From Candidatus Limnocylindrales bacterium (GTDB lineage: Bacteria; Chloroflexota; Limnocylindria; Limnocylindrales; CSP1-4), in contig JBBSCF010000008.1 in the NCBI GenBank assembly GCA_038250545.1, positions 23,519 to 87,518 on the forward strand: a DNA stretch of 64,000 nt. Reading direction: 5' to 3'. Position numbers and translations under genes: made by a program. Shown here in pieces: positions 36,126 through 44,570 of the stretch. How positions within the stretch are numbered: the stretch's first letter is position 1; the number at the start of each line of letters is the position of its first letter. The notes beneath the pieces were generated by a model, which saw nothing but the letters and a program-made list of their open reading frames with translations, searched no databases and was not told the origin of the DNA.

Positions 36126-37013
36126 TCAGGCCCCGCCCCAGTCGAACGTACAGCGCTCGCCGTCGATCACCGGGCGGTAGCCGATCGCCTCGTAGATGCG
36201 GTTCGAGGTCGGGTTGGCCCGGTCCGTGTCGAGGAAGCAGGATGCGCGCCCGCCATCAAGCTCCGCCTGGCTCACGGCTGCCACCAGGGCCGAGGCGTAC
36301 CCGCGTCGCCGATGCTCCGGTGGCGTGTAGACGGACCCGATGCGCCGTCCGTTGGGGGTCACGTTCCCGGCGACGGCCATCGCCACCGGGACGCCGGCGG
36401 CCTCCCAGAGCCAGACGATCCGCACGGGGTCCGCGAGCCACCGCGCGAGCAGCGTCTCGGCCGGATCGCCGGCGGGCTCGTGGCCCAATGCCTCCGCCTG
36501 GAACGCGGCGACCCAGGCCGCGAGCAGGGAGGCGTCCCCGCTGCGTGCCACCCGGGGGCCGCCGACCGGCGGCGCCGATGGCGGGACCACGCGGTCGAGG
36601 CGGTAGGTCCGCGTGCGCAGGTCGACCTCGGCGGGCGGGCCGCCGGCCGCGCCCCACGCCGCCACGAACCGCCGCAGGACGTCGACGGGGCCCGCGACGC
36701 CCGATGGTCGCCGGCGCCTCGCGAGGGCATCGGCGGCGACCAGGTCGACCGCCGCCGGCCGCGCGGCCAGCGAGAGGACCAGGTCGTGCGGGGGCGTGCA
36801 TACCGCGACCAGGCCCACACCGGCGACGTCCCGCACGAGGGCGAGGTACGGGTCGCGGAACACCTCGGGCCGATCGCGCACGGCCCCGAGGAGGCCCAGC
36901 AGGAGGCTGTGCTCTGCCTCGCGGGCAACCAGGAAGGCGCCCGCCGCCTCCATGAGCTCGGCGCCCGAGGCGACGACCTCGAGGCGCAGCGACCCTCGCG
37001 CCGCTCCGCTCAT
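36126..37013 (-). CDS. GNAT family N-acetyltransferase (two-lobed, ~295 aa)
   Basis: Internal ATG of track ORF 36126..37316. C-terminal GNAT core VYTPPEHRRRGYASALVAAVS...NPTSNRIYEAIGY. Confidence 0.8.
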   Translation of the reverse strand: MSGAARGSLRLEVVASGAELMEAAGAFLVAREAEHSLLLGLLGAVRDRPEVFRDPYLALVRDVAGVGLVAVCTPPHDLVLSLAARPAAVDLVAADALARRRRPSGVAGPVDVLRRFVAAWGAAGGPPAEVDLRTRTYRLDRVVPPSAPPVGGPRVARSGDASLLAAWVAAFQAEALGHEPAGDPAETLLARWLADPVRIVWLWEAAGVPVAMAVAGNVTPNGRRIGSVYTPPEHRRRGYASALVAAVSQAELDGGRASCFLDTDRANPTSNRIYEAIGYRPVIDGERCTFDWGGA

Positions 37014-37146
37014 CCGATCCACCCTCCACGACCGCTGCACCTCCGCGCGGACCGCCATCCTATAGGCGGCCTGCGACGGGTGGCCAGCGGAACGGCGCCG
37101 CCCGCACCGCGGACACGCCGGGTCCCACGCAGTCGAGGAGGGGCCA

Positions 37147-40071
37147 GTGGCGCAGGCGGATCCGGGTACCCCGAAGCGATCGAGGACGACGCGGACGAAG
37201 GCCGCGGCCGACGCGTCGGGTGCCGCGACCGAGCCGACGGCCCCTGGGGCCACCCCCCGGCGACGCGCCAGCGACGCGAGCCCCGGCGGAATCCGCCCCG
37301 AGCCCACGCTCCGCATCCTCGAGACCCGTGTGCTGCGCGGCGCGAACTACTGGGCCAGGGAGCCGGTGATCCGCCAGGTCGTCGACCTTGGGCGTGCTGG
37401 AGGAGTTCCCCAGCAACAAGATCCCGGGTTTCGTGGACGCCCTGGTGGAGATCCTGCCCACGCTCGAGGATCACGCCTGCTCCCTCGGCCGTCGCGGCGG
37501 GTTCCTGACCCGCCTCCGCGACGGGACCTGGGCCGGGCACGTCGCCGAGCACATCGCGCTCGAGTTCCAGAACCTCGCCGGCACGGAGGTCCGTCACGGC
37601 AAGACCCGCGGCACGGGCGACTACGGCCGCTACCACGTCATCTTCGAGTACCGCGAGGAGCAGGTCGGCATCGAGGCCGGCAAGATGGCCGTGGCCCTCG
37701 TCAACCACCTCATCGCGCCGCACGACCCGGCCTACGAGTTCGACCTGGTCCCCGAGCTGGAGGGCCTGATCCGGCTGGCCGAGCGGCTCGCGTTCGGGCC
37801 GTCAACGCAGGCGCTCCTCGACGAGGCGGCCGGCCGCGACATCCCGTACATCCGCCTCGACCGCTACAGCCTCGTCCAGCTGGGCCAGGTCGTCCACCAG
37901 CAGCGCATCCGGGCCACCATGACCAGCCGCACGGGCGGCATCGCGGTGGACATTGCGTCGGACAAGAAGCTCACCAACCGCCTGCTCGACTCCGCCGGCC
38001 TCCCGGTGCCGCGCTCCGAGGTCGTCGAGACCGAGGACGAGGCCGTGGCCGCCGCCCGCCGGCTGGGTTACCCCTGCGTCATCAAGCCGCTCGACGGCAA
38101 CCACGGCCGCGGCGTGGCGCTCGACCTGCGCGACGAGGCCGCCGTCCCGGCCGCCTGGCCGGAGACCCTGGCCCAGAGCCGGCGCGGCGACGTCATCGTC
38201 GAGAGCTACATCACCGGCCGGGACTACCGCTGTCTCGTCATCGGCGGCAAGCTCGCCGCGGTCGCGGAGCGCGTCCCCGCGAGCGTGACGGGCGACGGCG
38301 TGAAGACGATCCGCGAGCTGGTCGAGATCACCAACGCGGACCCGCGCCGCGGCATCGGCCACGAGAAGGCCCTCACCCGGATCAAGCTCGACGCGAACGC
38401 CGAGGAGGTCCTCGAGGGCCAGGGCCACACGCCCGACTCGGTACCCGCCGAGGGCGCCTTCGTCAAGCTCGCGCTGACCGGCAACATGAGCACCGGCGGC
38501 ACGTCCATGGACCGGACGATGGAGGCCCACCCCGACAACGTCGAGATCGCGGAGACCGCCGCGCTCGTCGTGGGTCTCGACATCGCCGGCATCGACTTCA
38601 TCTGCCCCGACATCGAGGTTCCCGTCCGCGAGACCGGAGGCGGCATCGTGGAGGTCAACGCGGCCCCCGGGTTCCGGATGCACACCCACCCGACCGAGGG
38701 CGAGCCGCAGTACGTGGCCAAGCCCGTCATCGACCTGCTGTTCCCGCCCGGCACCCCGTCCCGCATCCCGATCGTCGCGGTGACCGGCACCAACGGCAAG
38801 ACGACGACCGTCCGGATGATCGCCCACATCCTCAAGCTGATGGGCAAGCGGGTCGGCATGACCTCCACGGACGGCATCGTCATCGCGGTCGGCTCATCAA
38901 GCGCGGCGACATGTCCGGGCCCAAGAGCGCGCAGATGGTGCTCCAGAACCCGACCGTGGACACCGCCGTGTTCGAGGTGGCCCGCGGCGGCATCCTGCGC
39001 GAGGGCCTGGGCTACGACCGCAACGACGTGGCTGTGGTCACCAACGTCACCGGCGACCACCTGGGCCTCGGCGGCATCGACACGGTGGGCCAGCTCGCGG
39101 GCGTCAAGGGCGTCCCGGTGGACGCGGTCCCGCGCTCGGGCACGGCGGTGCTCAACGCCGACGACCACCTCGTCTACCGGATGGGGCGCCACTGCGCCGG
39201 GCGTGTGGTCCTGTTCAGCATGGCCAAGGAGAAGGGCGAGGACGGGCGCGACCGCGTCGACGGGCATGCGTCCCGCGGCAACGCGGCGTTCTGCCTCGAG
39301 GACACGCCCGGTGGCGAGCTGATCGTCCTGCGCCACGGGCCGCGGAAGATGCCGGTCCTGTACACGCACCTCGTGCCGGCGACCTTCGGCGGCCGGGCGC
39401 GCATGAACGTGGCCAATGCCCTCGCCGCGGCCGCCGCGGCCTGGGGGATGGGGGCCCACCTGCACGACATCCGCCAGGGTCTCCGGACGTTCAGCACGTC
39501 CTTCTTCCAGGCGCCCGGCCGGCTCAACCTCGTCGAGGTCGCCGGGACGCGCGTCGTCATCGACTACTGCCACAACGTGGACGGCATGCGCCAGCTCGCC
39601 GACTTCGTCAACCGGATGATGGTCGACCCGCAGGCGCGGCCGGCCGCTGCCGGGGCGTCGGCGCCGCCGCGTGCCGGCCGGGCGATCGGCGTGATCGGCA
39701 TCCCGGGCGACCGGCGGGACCAGGACCAGCACGAGTACGGCGCCCTGGCGGCGACGGCCTTCGACGAGATCATCATCCGCGAGGACCGCAACCTGCGCGG
39801 CCGCGAGCCCGGCGAGACGGCGTCCAACGTGGTGGCCGGCATCCGCGCGGTGCGCGGCGAGGGCAGGGCTCGGACCACCAAGGTGGACAAGGTGCTCGAC
39901 GAGCCGGCGGCCGTGCGCGCGGCCCTGCGGCGGGCCGCCCCGGGCGACCTCGTCGTGGTCTGCGCCGACGACGCCGTGGACGTCTACCGCGAGGCCATGA
40001 AGCTGGGCGGGCGCACCCAGGGCGGCACGGCCTTCGCCGATCCGGGCGAGCTCGAGGCGCCGCTGGGATGA
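37147..40071 (+). pseudogene. cphA: Cyanophycin synthetase CphA1 (N, ATP-grasp G and Mur-ligase-like M domains) interrupted by two single-nucleotide frameshifts
   Basis: GAGGAGG RBS then GTG 37147. N domain LRILETRVLRGANYW...VVDLG in frame 1. VLEEFPSNKIPGF...KPLDGNHGRG...VTGTNGKTTT...TSTDGIVI in frame 2 (track ORF 37388..). GRLIKRGDMSGPKSAQ...to the stop back in frame 1. Shifts at ~37393 (+1) and ~38885-38887 (-1). Could be true mutations or assembly errors. Confidence 0.85.
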
Positions 40072-40679
40072 CCGTGGCCGGGCCCCGGGGCGACGACCTC
40101 GCGGCGGGGCTCGCCGAGCGAGACTTCACCGGGGTCGTGCTTGCCGTCGGGCCGGACGGGCTGCTGGCGGCGGCGACGCGGGGCGTCGCGGATCTGGCCA
40201 TGGGCCGGTTGATCACGGTCCGATCGCGGTTCGGCATCGCGTCCGCGGCGAAGCTGTTCACGGCGGTGACGATCGGGTACCTCGTCCCGCCGGGCGGCGA
40301 GCCGGGCGGGGTCTGGCGGTCCAACCTGTACGCGATCCCGGCCCGCGGCCGGCCCGACGGCGGTGCCTTCGCCCCCGCCGCGGACCTCGTGCGGTTCCTG
40401 GACGCGTTCCGCGAGGGGCGGCTGCTGGGCGCCGCTTGGCGGGACGAGATGGTGCGGCCGCGGGTCCGCGACGAGCGCGAGGAGGTCGACTACGGGCTGG
40501 CGTGGTGGCGGCAGGGTGAGGGTCGTGGACGCTGGGGGGGGCACCCGGGTGGCGATCCCGGGTACGTCGCGCAAGTGCGCTGGTACCCGGAGGCCGGCGT
40601 GCGGCTCATCGTGCTGGCGAACCGGTCGAACCGTGCCGGGTCGGCCGCCGCGCTCGCGGAGGCGCTGCTGGTCGGGTAG
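40068..40679 (+). CDS. Beta-lactamase-family serine hydrolase, abnormally short (probable internal deletion)
   Basis: ATGA overlap with the cphA stop. S-x-x-K present (FGIASAAKLF) and an HxG-like box (GGHPGG) near the C-terminus. Only 203 aa, and the central Tyr-x-Asn region is missing. Confidence 0.6.
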   Translation: MTVAGPRGDDLAAGLAERDFTGVVLAVGPDGLLAAATRGVADLAMGRLITVRSRFGIASAAKLFTAVTIGYLVPPGGEPGGVWRSNLYAIPARGRPDGGAFAPAADLVRFLDAFREGRLLGAAWRDEMVRPRVRDEREEVDYGLAWWRQGEGRGRWGGHPGGDPGYVAQVRWYPEAGVRLIVLANRSNRAGSAAALAEALLVG

Positions 40680-40711
40680 GTCCGGCCGGGAGCGGCAACC
40701 TCGAGGGTCGC

Positions 40712-42481
40712 TCAGCCGGTCTGCGACCGCGCCCGCCCTGCCAGCCGCGGTGCCAGGTCCCGCAGCTCCGCACCCACGTCGACGCTGTGCGCCCCCAGGC
40801 GCTCCAGCAGGGCGAAGACCTCGTCGCGGTCCTGGTGGCAGAACAGCACGATGACCCGCGGCGCGTCCTGCCCACCCGCGGCGGCGGCAGACCCGTCGGT
40901 GCGCATGAGCTCCGCCTCGAGCGCGCCGGCCTCCGTCTCGTACACCGGTGTCGTGGCCGGGTCGACGCCGCCCTCCGCGAGCCCCTCGCCGAGGAGCCGC
41001 ATGAGGTCGGCGCGGTCTCGCCCGCGCAGGTAGGCCAGGGCCTCCTTGACGACCACGCGCTGCGCCCGCTCGGCCGCGATCCGCCCGACGCCCCGCAGCG
41101 TGTCGTCGGGCCGGTCGCCCGCGGTGCCGACGATCGCCGTCACCGGGGCTGCGGGCCCGCCCGCGCCGCCCGCGAGCGCCGCCGCCACCTCGAGGATCGC
41201 CTCGGTGCCCACCTCGTTGTGCGCGAAGTCCACGATGACGGTCCGGCGCCCCAGGCGGAACAGGTTGAGCCGGCCCGGCGAGAGCTCCGCGGAGGGCTGG
41301 AAGTCGCGCAGGCCGTCGGCCACCTGCTCTCGGGTGGCGCCGATGGCCCGCGCCCCGCCCGCGGCCGCGAGGGCGTTCGCCACGTTGTGCCGGGCGAGGC
41401 CGCCCAGCGCAACGGGCAGGTCGGCCAGGTCCAGGATCGGGTGCGTCGCGGCCCCGTCCCACTCGACCAGGCGGCCGCCGTCGAGCACCCACGCCAGCCC
41501 GCCACCGCGGCGGTGGCGCGCGAGGACCGGCGATGCGCCCGGGTCCATCGAGAAGTAGGCGACCCGCGCGTGCACCCGCCGGGCAATGGCGGCGACCAGC
41601 GGGTCGTCCGCGTTGAGCACGACGAGCCCGTCGGGCTTCGTGATCCGGCAGACCGTGGCCTTGACCTCGGCCAGCTCGGGCAGCGTGTGGATTCCCTGGA
41701 GGTCGAGATGGTCCGAGGACACGTTCGTGAACACACTCGCCTCGTTGGACTCGTAGCCCATGCCGCGCAGGACGAGGCCACCGCGCGCCGTTTCGAGGAC
41801 CGCCACGTCCACGTCCGCCCGGCGCAGGACCGCGCCGGCACCACCCGGGCCAGTCCAGTCGCCGGTCTCGACCAGCCGCTCGTCCACGAGGATTCCGTCG
41901 CTGGTCGTCGTGCCGACGCGCCGCCCGGCGCGCAGCAGGATGTGGGTGATCAGGCGGGTGACGGTCGACTTCCCGTTCGTGCCGGTGACGGACACGATGG
42001 GCACCGTCCGGTCCGCGTCACGGATCCAGGCCGGTGGTGTGGCGCGGGCCTCCGTGATGCGCGTCTCCCAGGCCGCGACCTGGCGCGCCTGGGTGCCCGT
42101 GAGGCGCACGCGGCGGGCGGACGACACCGACCGGCCCGCGAGGTCAACGGCGGCCTCGGCGATGAGCCTGGCGCGCTCGGCGCCGGTCCACGGCCACGTG
42201 ATGACCCAGCGCCCCGCATCCGATGCCCGGTGCGCCTCCACGGGCCCGGCGTGCTCGCCGTGATCGCCGCGCAGGCGGCGGGTCCAGGCGACGATGTCGG
42301 TGACGGCGTCGGGCCACTCGCGGGCGGCGATCGGGCGGGCGAGATGGACCAGCGCACCGTCCGCGGGCGACCGCGAGCCGTGCCAGGCCCTCGTCCGCCC
42401 GACGGCCACCTCGACCTTGACCACCGGCGCCAGCCGGTAGACGTTCGGACCTTCGAGCAGCCGGATCTCCACGAGTCGCAC
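40712..42481 (-). CDS. Cyanophycin-synthetase-like ligase with N domain + Mur-ligase-like M domain but no ATP-grasp (G) domain
   Basis: GTG start. (M)RLVEIRLLEGPNVYR resembles the CphA N domain. From PIVSVTGTNGKSTV it is collinear with the CphA1 M domain of the neighbouring gene (TTSDGILVDERLVETGD, ETARGGLVLRG, VLNADDPLV, RHNVANALAA, PGRLNLF, DFAHN, GTAGDR). 589 aa, intact. Confidence 0.85.
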   Translation of the reverse strand: MRLVEIRLLEGPNVYRLAPVVKVEVAVGRTRAWHGSRSPADGALVHLARPIAAREWPDAVTDIVAWTRRLRGDHGEHAGPVEAHRASDAGRWVITWPWTGAERARLIAEAAVDLAGRSVSSARRVRLTGTQARQVAAWETRITEARATPPAWIRDADRTVPIVSVTGTNGKSTVTRLITHILLRAGRRVGTTTSDGILVDERLVETGDWTGPGGAGAVLRRADVDVAVLETARGGLVLRGMGYESNEASVFTNVSSDHLDLQGIHTLPELAEVKATVCRITKPDGLVVLNADDPLVAAIARRVHARVAYFSMDPGASPVLARHRRGGGLAWVLDGGRLVEWDGAATHPILDLADLPVALGGLARHNVANALAAAGGARAIGATREQVADGLRDFQPSAELSPGRLNLFRLGRRTVIVDFAHNEVGTEAILEVAAALAGGAGGPAAPVTAIVGTAGDRPDDTLRGVGRIAAERAQRVVVKEALAYLRGRDRADLMRLLGEGLAEGGVDPATTPVYETEAGALEAELMRTDGSAAAAGGQDAPRVIVLFCHQDRDEVFALLERLGAHSVDVGAELRDLAPRLAGRARSQTG

Positions 42482-42490
42482 GGTCCGGAA

Positions 42491-42496
42491 ATGCTA
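42491..42496 (-). promoter_or_regulatory. -10 box TAGCAT (minus strand) 9 nt upstream of the CphA-like GTG
   Basis: Reverse complement of ATGCTA. No Shine-Dalgarno in between. Confidence 0.4.
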
Positions 42497-42542
42497 CGCG
42501 AGCGAGGTCCGCCGGGAGGCTCCGTTGCGCGCCCGCCGTCGA

Positions 42543-42548
42543 TAGACT
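42543..42548 (+). promoter_or_regulatory. -10 box TAGACT 7 nt upstream of the M20 peptidase ATG (leaderless candidate)
   Basis: GATAGACTGGGCCGCATG. Confidence 0.5.
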
Positions 42549-42555
42549 GGGCCGC

Positions 42556-43806
42556 ATGGCATCCACCCCCGATCCCCTCGTCGCGCCCGAGGAGATCGCC
42601 GATCTGCGGGCGAGCATCGAGCGCGGCTACCCGTCCTACCTCGCCGACCTCGAGCGGCTCGTCAACACCGACTGCGGCAGCTACACGCGGGCGGGCGTCG
42701 ACGCGATCGGCCGCTGGACGGCCGAGCGGCTGCGGGCGTTGGGGTTCTCGGTCACGAGCCACGAGAACGACCAGGGCCTGGGCGAGACGGTGATCGGCGA
42801 GCTCCACGGGACAGACCCGGCCGGGCCCACGCTCCTGTGCATCGGGCACATGGACACGGTGTTCGACCCGGGCACCGCGGCCGAGCGGCCCTTCGCCATC
42901 CAGGGCGGTATCGCGACCGGCCCGGGCGTCACGGACATGAAGAGCGGGCTGCTCTCGGGCCTGCATGCGATCGGGGCGCTTCGCGAGGCGCTGGGCGGCG
43001 TGCCCATGGCGCGACTCGTCTTCGTGGCGAACCCCGACGAGGAGATCGGCTCGCCGGCCTCGACGTCCCACATCCGCCGCCTCGCCGCCGAATCGGACGC
43101 CTGCCTCGTGCTCGAGTGCGCGCGTGCGAACGGCGACATCGTCTCGTCGCGGAAGGGGTCGCTGGACCTCGTGATCGCCGTTCACGGGAAGGCGAGCCAT
43201 GCCGGCATCGAGCCCGAGAAGGGGCGTTCCGCCATCCTGGAGGCGGCGCGCATCACGACCGACCTCCACGCGCTCAACGGGCGCTGGCCGGGCGTGACGG
43301 TCAACGTGGGCGTCATCGAGGGCGGGACTCGCCCGAACGTCGTGGCGGATCGCTGTTCGATGGAGGTCGACGTGCGCGCCGTGACCCGCGAGGCCCTCGA
43401 GGTCGTCGAGGCGGCGATCGCCGAGATCCTCGTGCCCACGGCGGTTCCGGACGTGCGGGTGGAGCTCACCCAGAGCGCCCGCCACTGGCCGATGGAGAAG
43501 CTGGAGCGGTCCGGGCGGCTCGTCGACCATGCCGTGCGCCTGGCGTCGGACCTCGGGTTCGCGCTGCGTGACGCCGCGACGGGTGGCGCCTCGGACGCCA
43601 ACACGACGGCCGGCATGGGCGTGCCGACGATCGACGGCCTCGGCCCGATCGGCGGGCTGGACCACTCGCCGGGCGAGTACCTCGAGGTCGCCTCCATCGT
43701 CCCGCGGACGCTCCTGCTCGCGGCGCTCATCGCCGCGATCGGGCGAGACCCGGAGGTCGGGCGCTGGCGCGGCGAGCGGCTGGCGAGGCGGGGCGCGGCG
43801 CGGTGA
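42556..43806 (+). CDS. M20 family metallopeptidase (carboxypeptidase G2-like)
   Basis: GHMDTV, GVTDMKSG and PDEEIGS metal/catalytic motifs, a dimerisation insert, and a C-terminal H in GLDHSPGEY. 416 aa. Confidence 0.88.
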   Translation: MASTPDPLVAPEEIADLRASIERGYPSYLADLERLVNTDCGSYTRAGVDAIGRWTAERLRALGFSVTSHENDQGLGETVIGELHGTDPAGPTLLCIGHMDTVFDPGTAAERPFAIQGGIATGPGVTDMKSGLLSGLHAIGALREALGGVPMARLVFVANPDEEIGSPASTSHIRRLAAESDACLVLECARANGDIVSSRKGSLDLVIAVHGKASHAGIEPEKGRSAILEAARITTDLHALNGRWPGVTVNVGVIEGGTRPNVVADRCSMEVDVRAVTREALEVVEAAIAEILVPTAVPDVRVELTQSARHWPMEKLERSGRLVDHAVRLASDLGFALRDAATGGASDANTTAGMGVPTIDGLGPIGGLDHSPGEYLEVASIVPRTLLLAALIAAIGRDPEVGRWRGERLARRGAAR

Positions 43807-44189
43807 GCCGGCGGCACGTGTCGGGCCGTGGACCGTGGGAGGCGATGGGCGGCTACTCCCGCGCGCTCGCCGTGGGCGACGCGTGCTCCGTGGCAGGCAC
43901 CACGGACGCCGGGCCCGATGGGGAATCGCTCCACCCGGGTGATGCGGCGGGCCAGGCGCGGGCGGCATTCGCGATCGTCGAGGGGGCGCTCGGCGAGGCC
44001 GGGTTCGCCCTCGAGGACGTCGTCCGGACGCGGATGTACCTCGTGGATCCCGCCGACGCCGACGCCGTGGTCGCGGTCCACGGCGAGCTGTTCCGGCACG
44101 TGCGGCCGGCGGCGACGCTCGTGGTGGTCGCGGGTCTGATGCGGCCGAGCCTCCTCGTCGAGGTGGAGGCCGAGGCCCGCCGCGGCTGA
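43803..44189 (+). CDS. RidA/YjgF/Rid family protein
   Basis: GTGA overlap with the M20 stop. YSRALAVGD..., QARAAFAIVEGALGEAG, DVVRTRMYL and LVEVEAEA are typical Rid-fold motifs. Confidence 0.8.
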   Translation: MSRRHVSGRGPWEAMGGYSRALAVGDACSVAGTTDAGPDGESLHPGDAAGQARAAFAIVEGALGEAGFALEDVVRTRMYLVDPADADAVVAVHGELFRHVRPAATLVVVAGLMRPSLLVEVEAEARRG

Positions 44190-44237
44190 CGGCTGACGGC
44201 GGGCTGCGGCGGCGGCTCCCGCGGCTCCGGGGCAGGC

Positions 44238-44570
44238 CTACGCGGGACCGGCCGCCCGCAGCAGGGCCACCAGCACCACGCCCGCCACGAGCCCCAGGAG
44301 CAGGTTCCGGCGCCACGCGACGATCGCCAGGCACAGGACCACGCCGAGGATGTCGACGGTCGGGATGACCGAGTGAGCGCCCGCGGCGTCGGTCCGCACC
44401 AGGGTTTGCGTCGCGGCGATCGACGCGAGCACGGCCGGCCCCACGAGGCGCAGGTAGAGCAGCGCCCGCGGCGGCAGGCGCTCGATACCCGGGGCGAGCA
44501 GGGGCAGCGCCCGAGATGGGTAGGTGACGGCCAGCATCAGGACGGCGAGGAGGATGAGCTCCGTGCTCAT
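44238..44570 (-). CDS. azlD: Branched-chain amino acid exporter small subunit AzlD
   Basis: Internal ATG of track ORF 44238..45134. MSTELILLAVLMLAVTYPSRALPLL. About 110 aa with 3-4 TM segments. 4-nt overlap with azlC. Confidence 0.8.
   Translation of the reverse strand: MSTELILLAVLMLAVTYPSRALPLLAPGIERLPPRALLYLRLVGPAVLASIAATQTLVRTDAAGAHSVIPTVDILGVVLCLAIVAWRRNLLLGLVAGVVLVALLRAAGPA

Noticed and set aside
37388-39322. TTG-initiated 644-aa ORF that could be read as an independent ATP-grasp enzyme.
   Set aside because: Its first residues continue the CphA N domain encoded in the other frame without a gap (…VVDLG|VLEEFPSNK…). After ~38887 its translation turns into junk while the other frame continues the M domain. 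It is therefore the middle piece of a frameshifted cphA1, not a separate gene.
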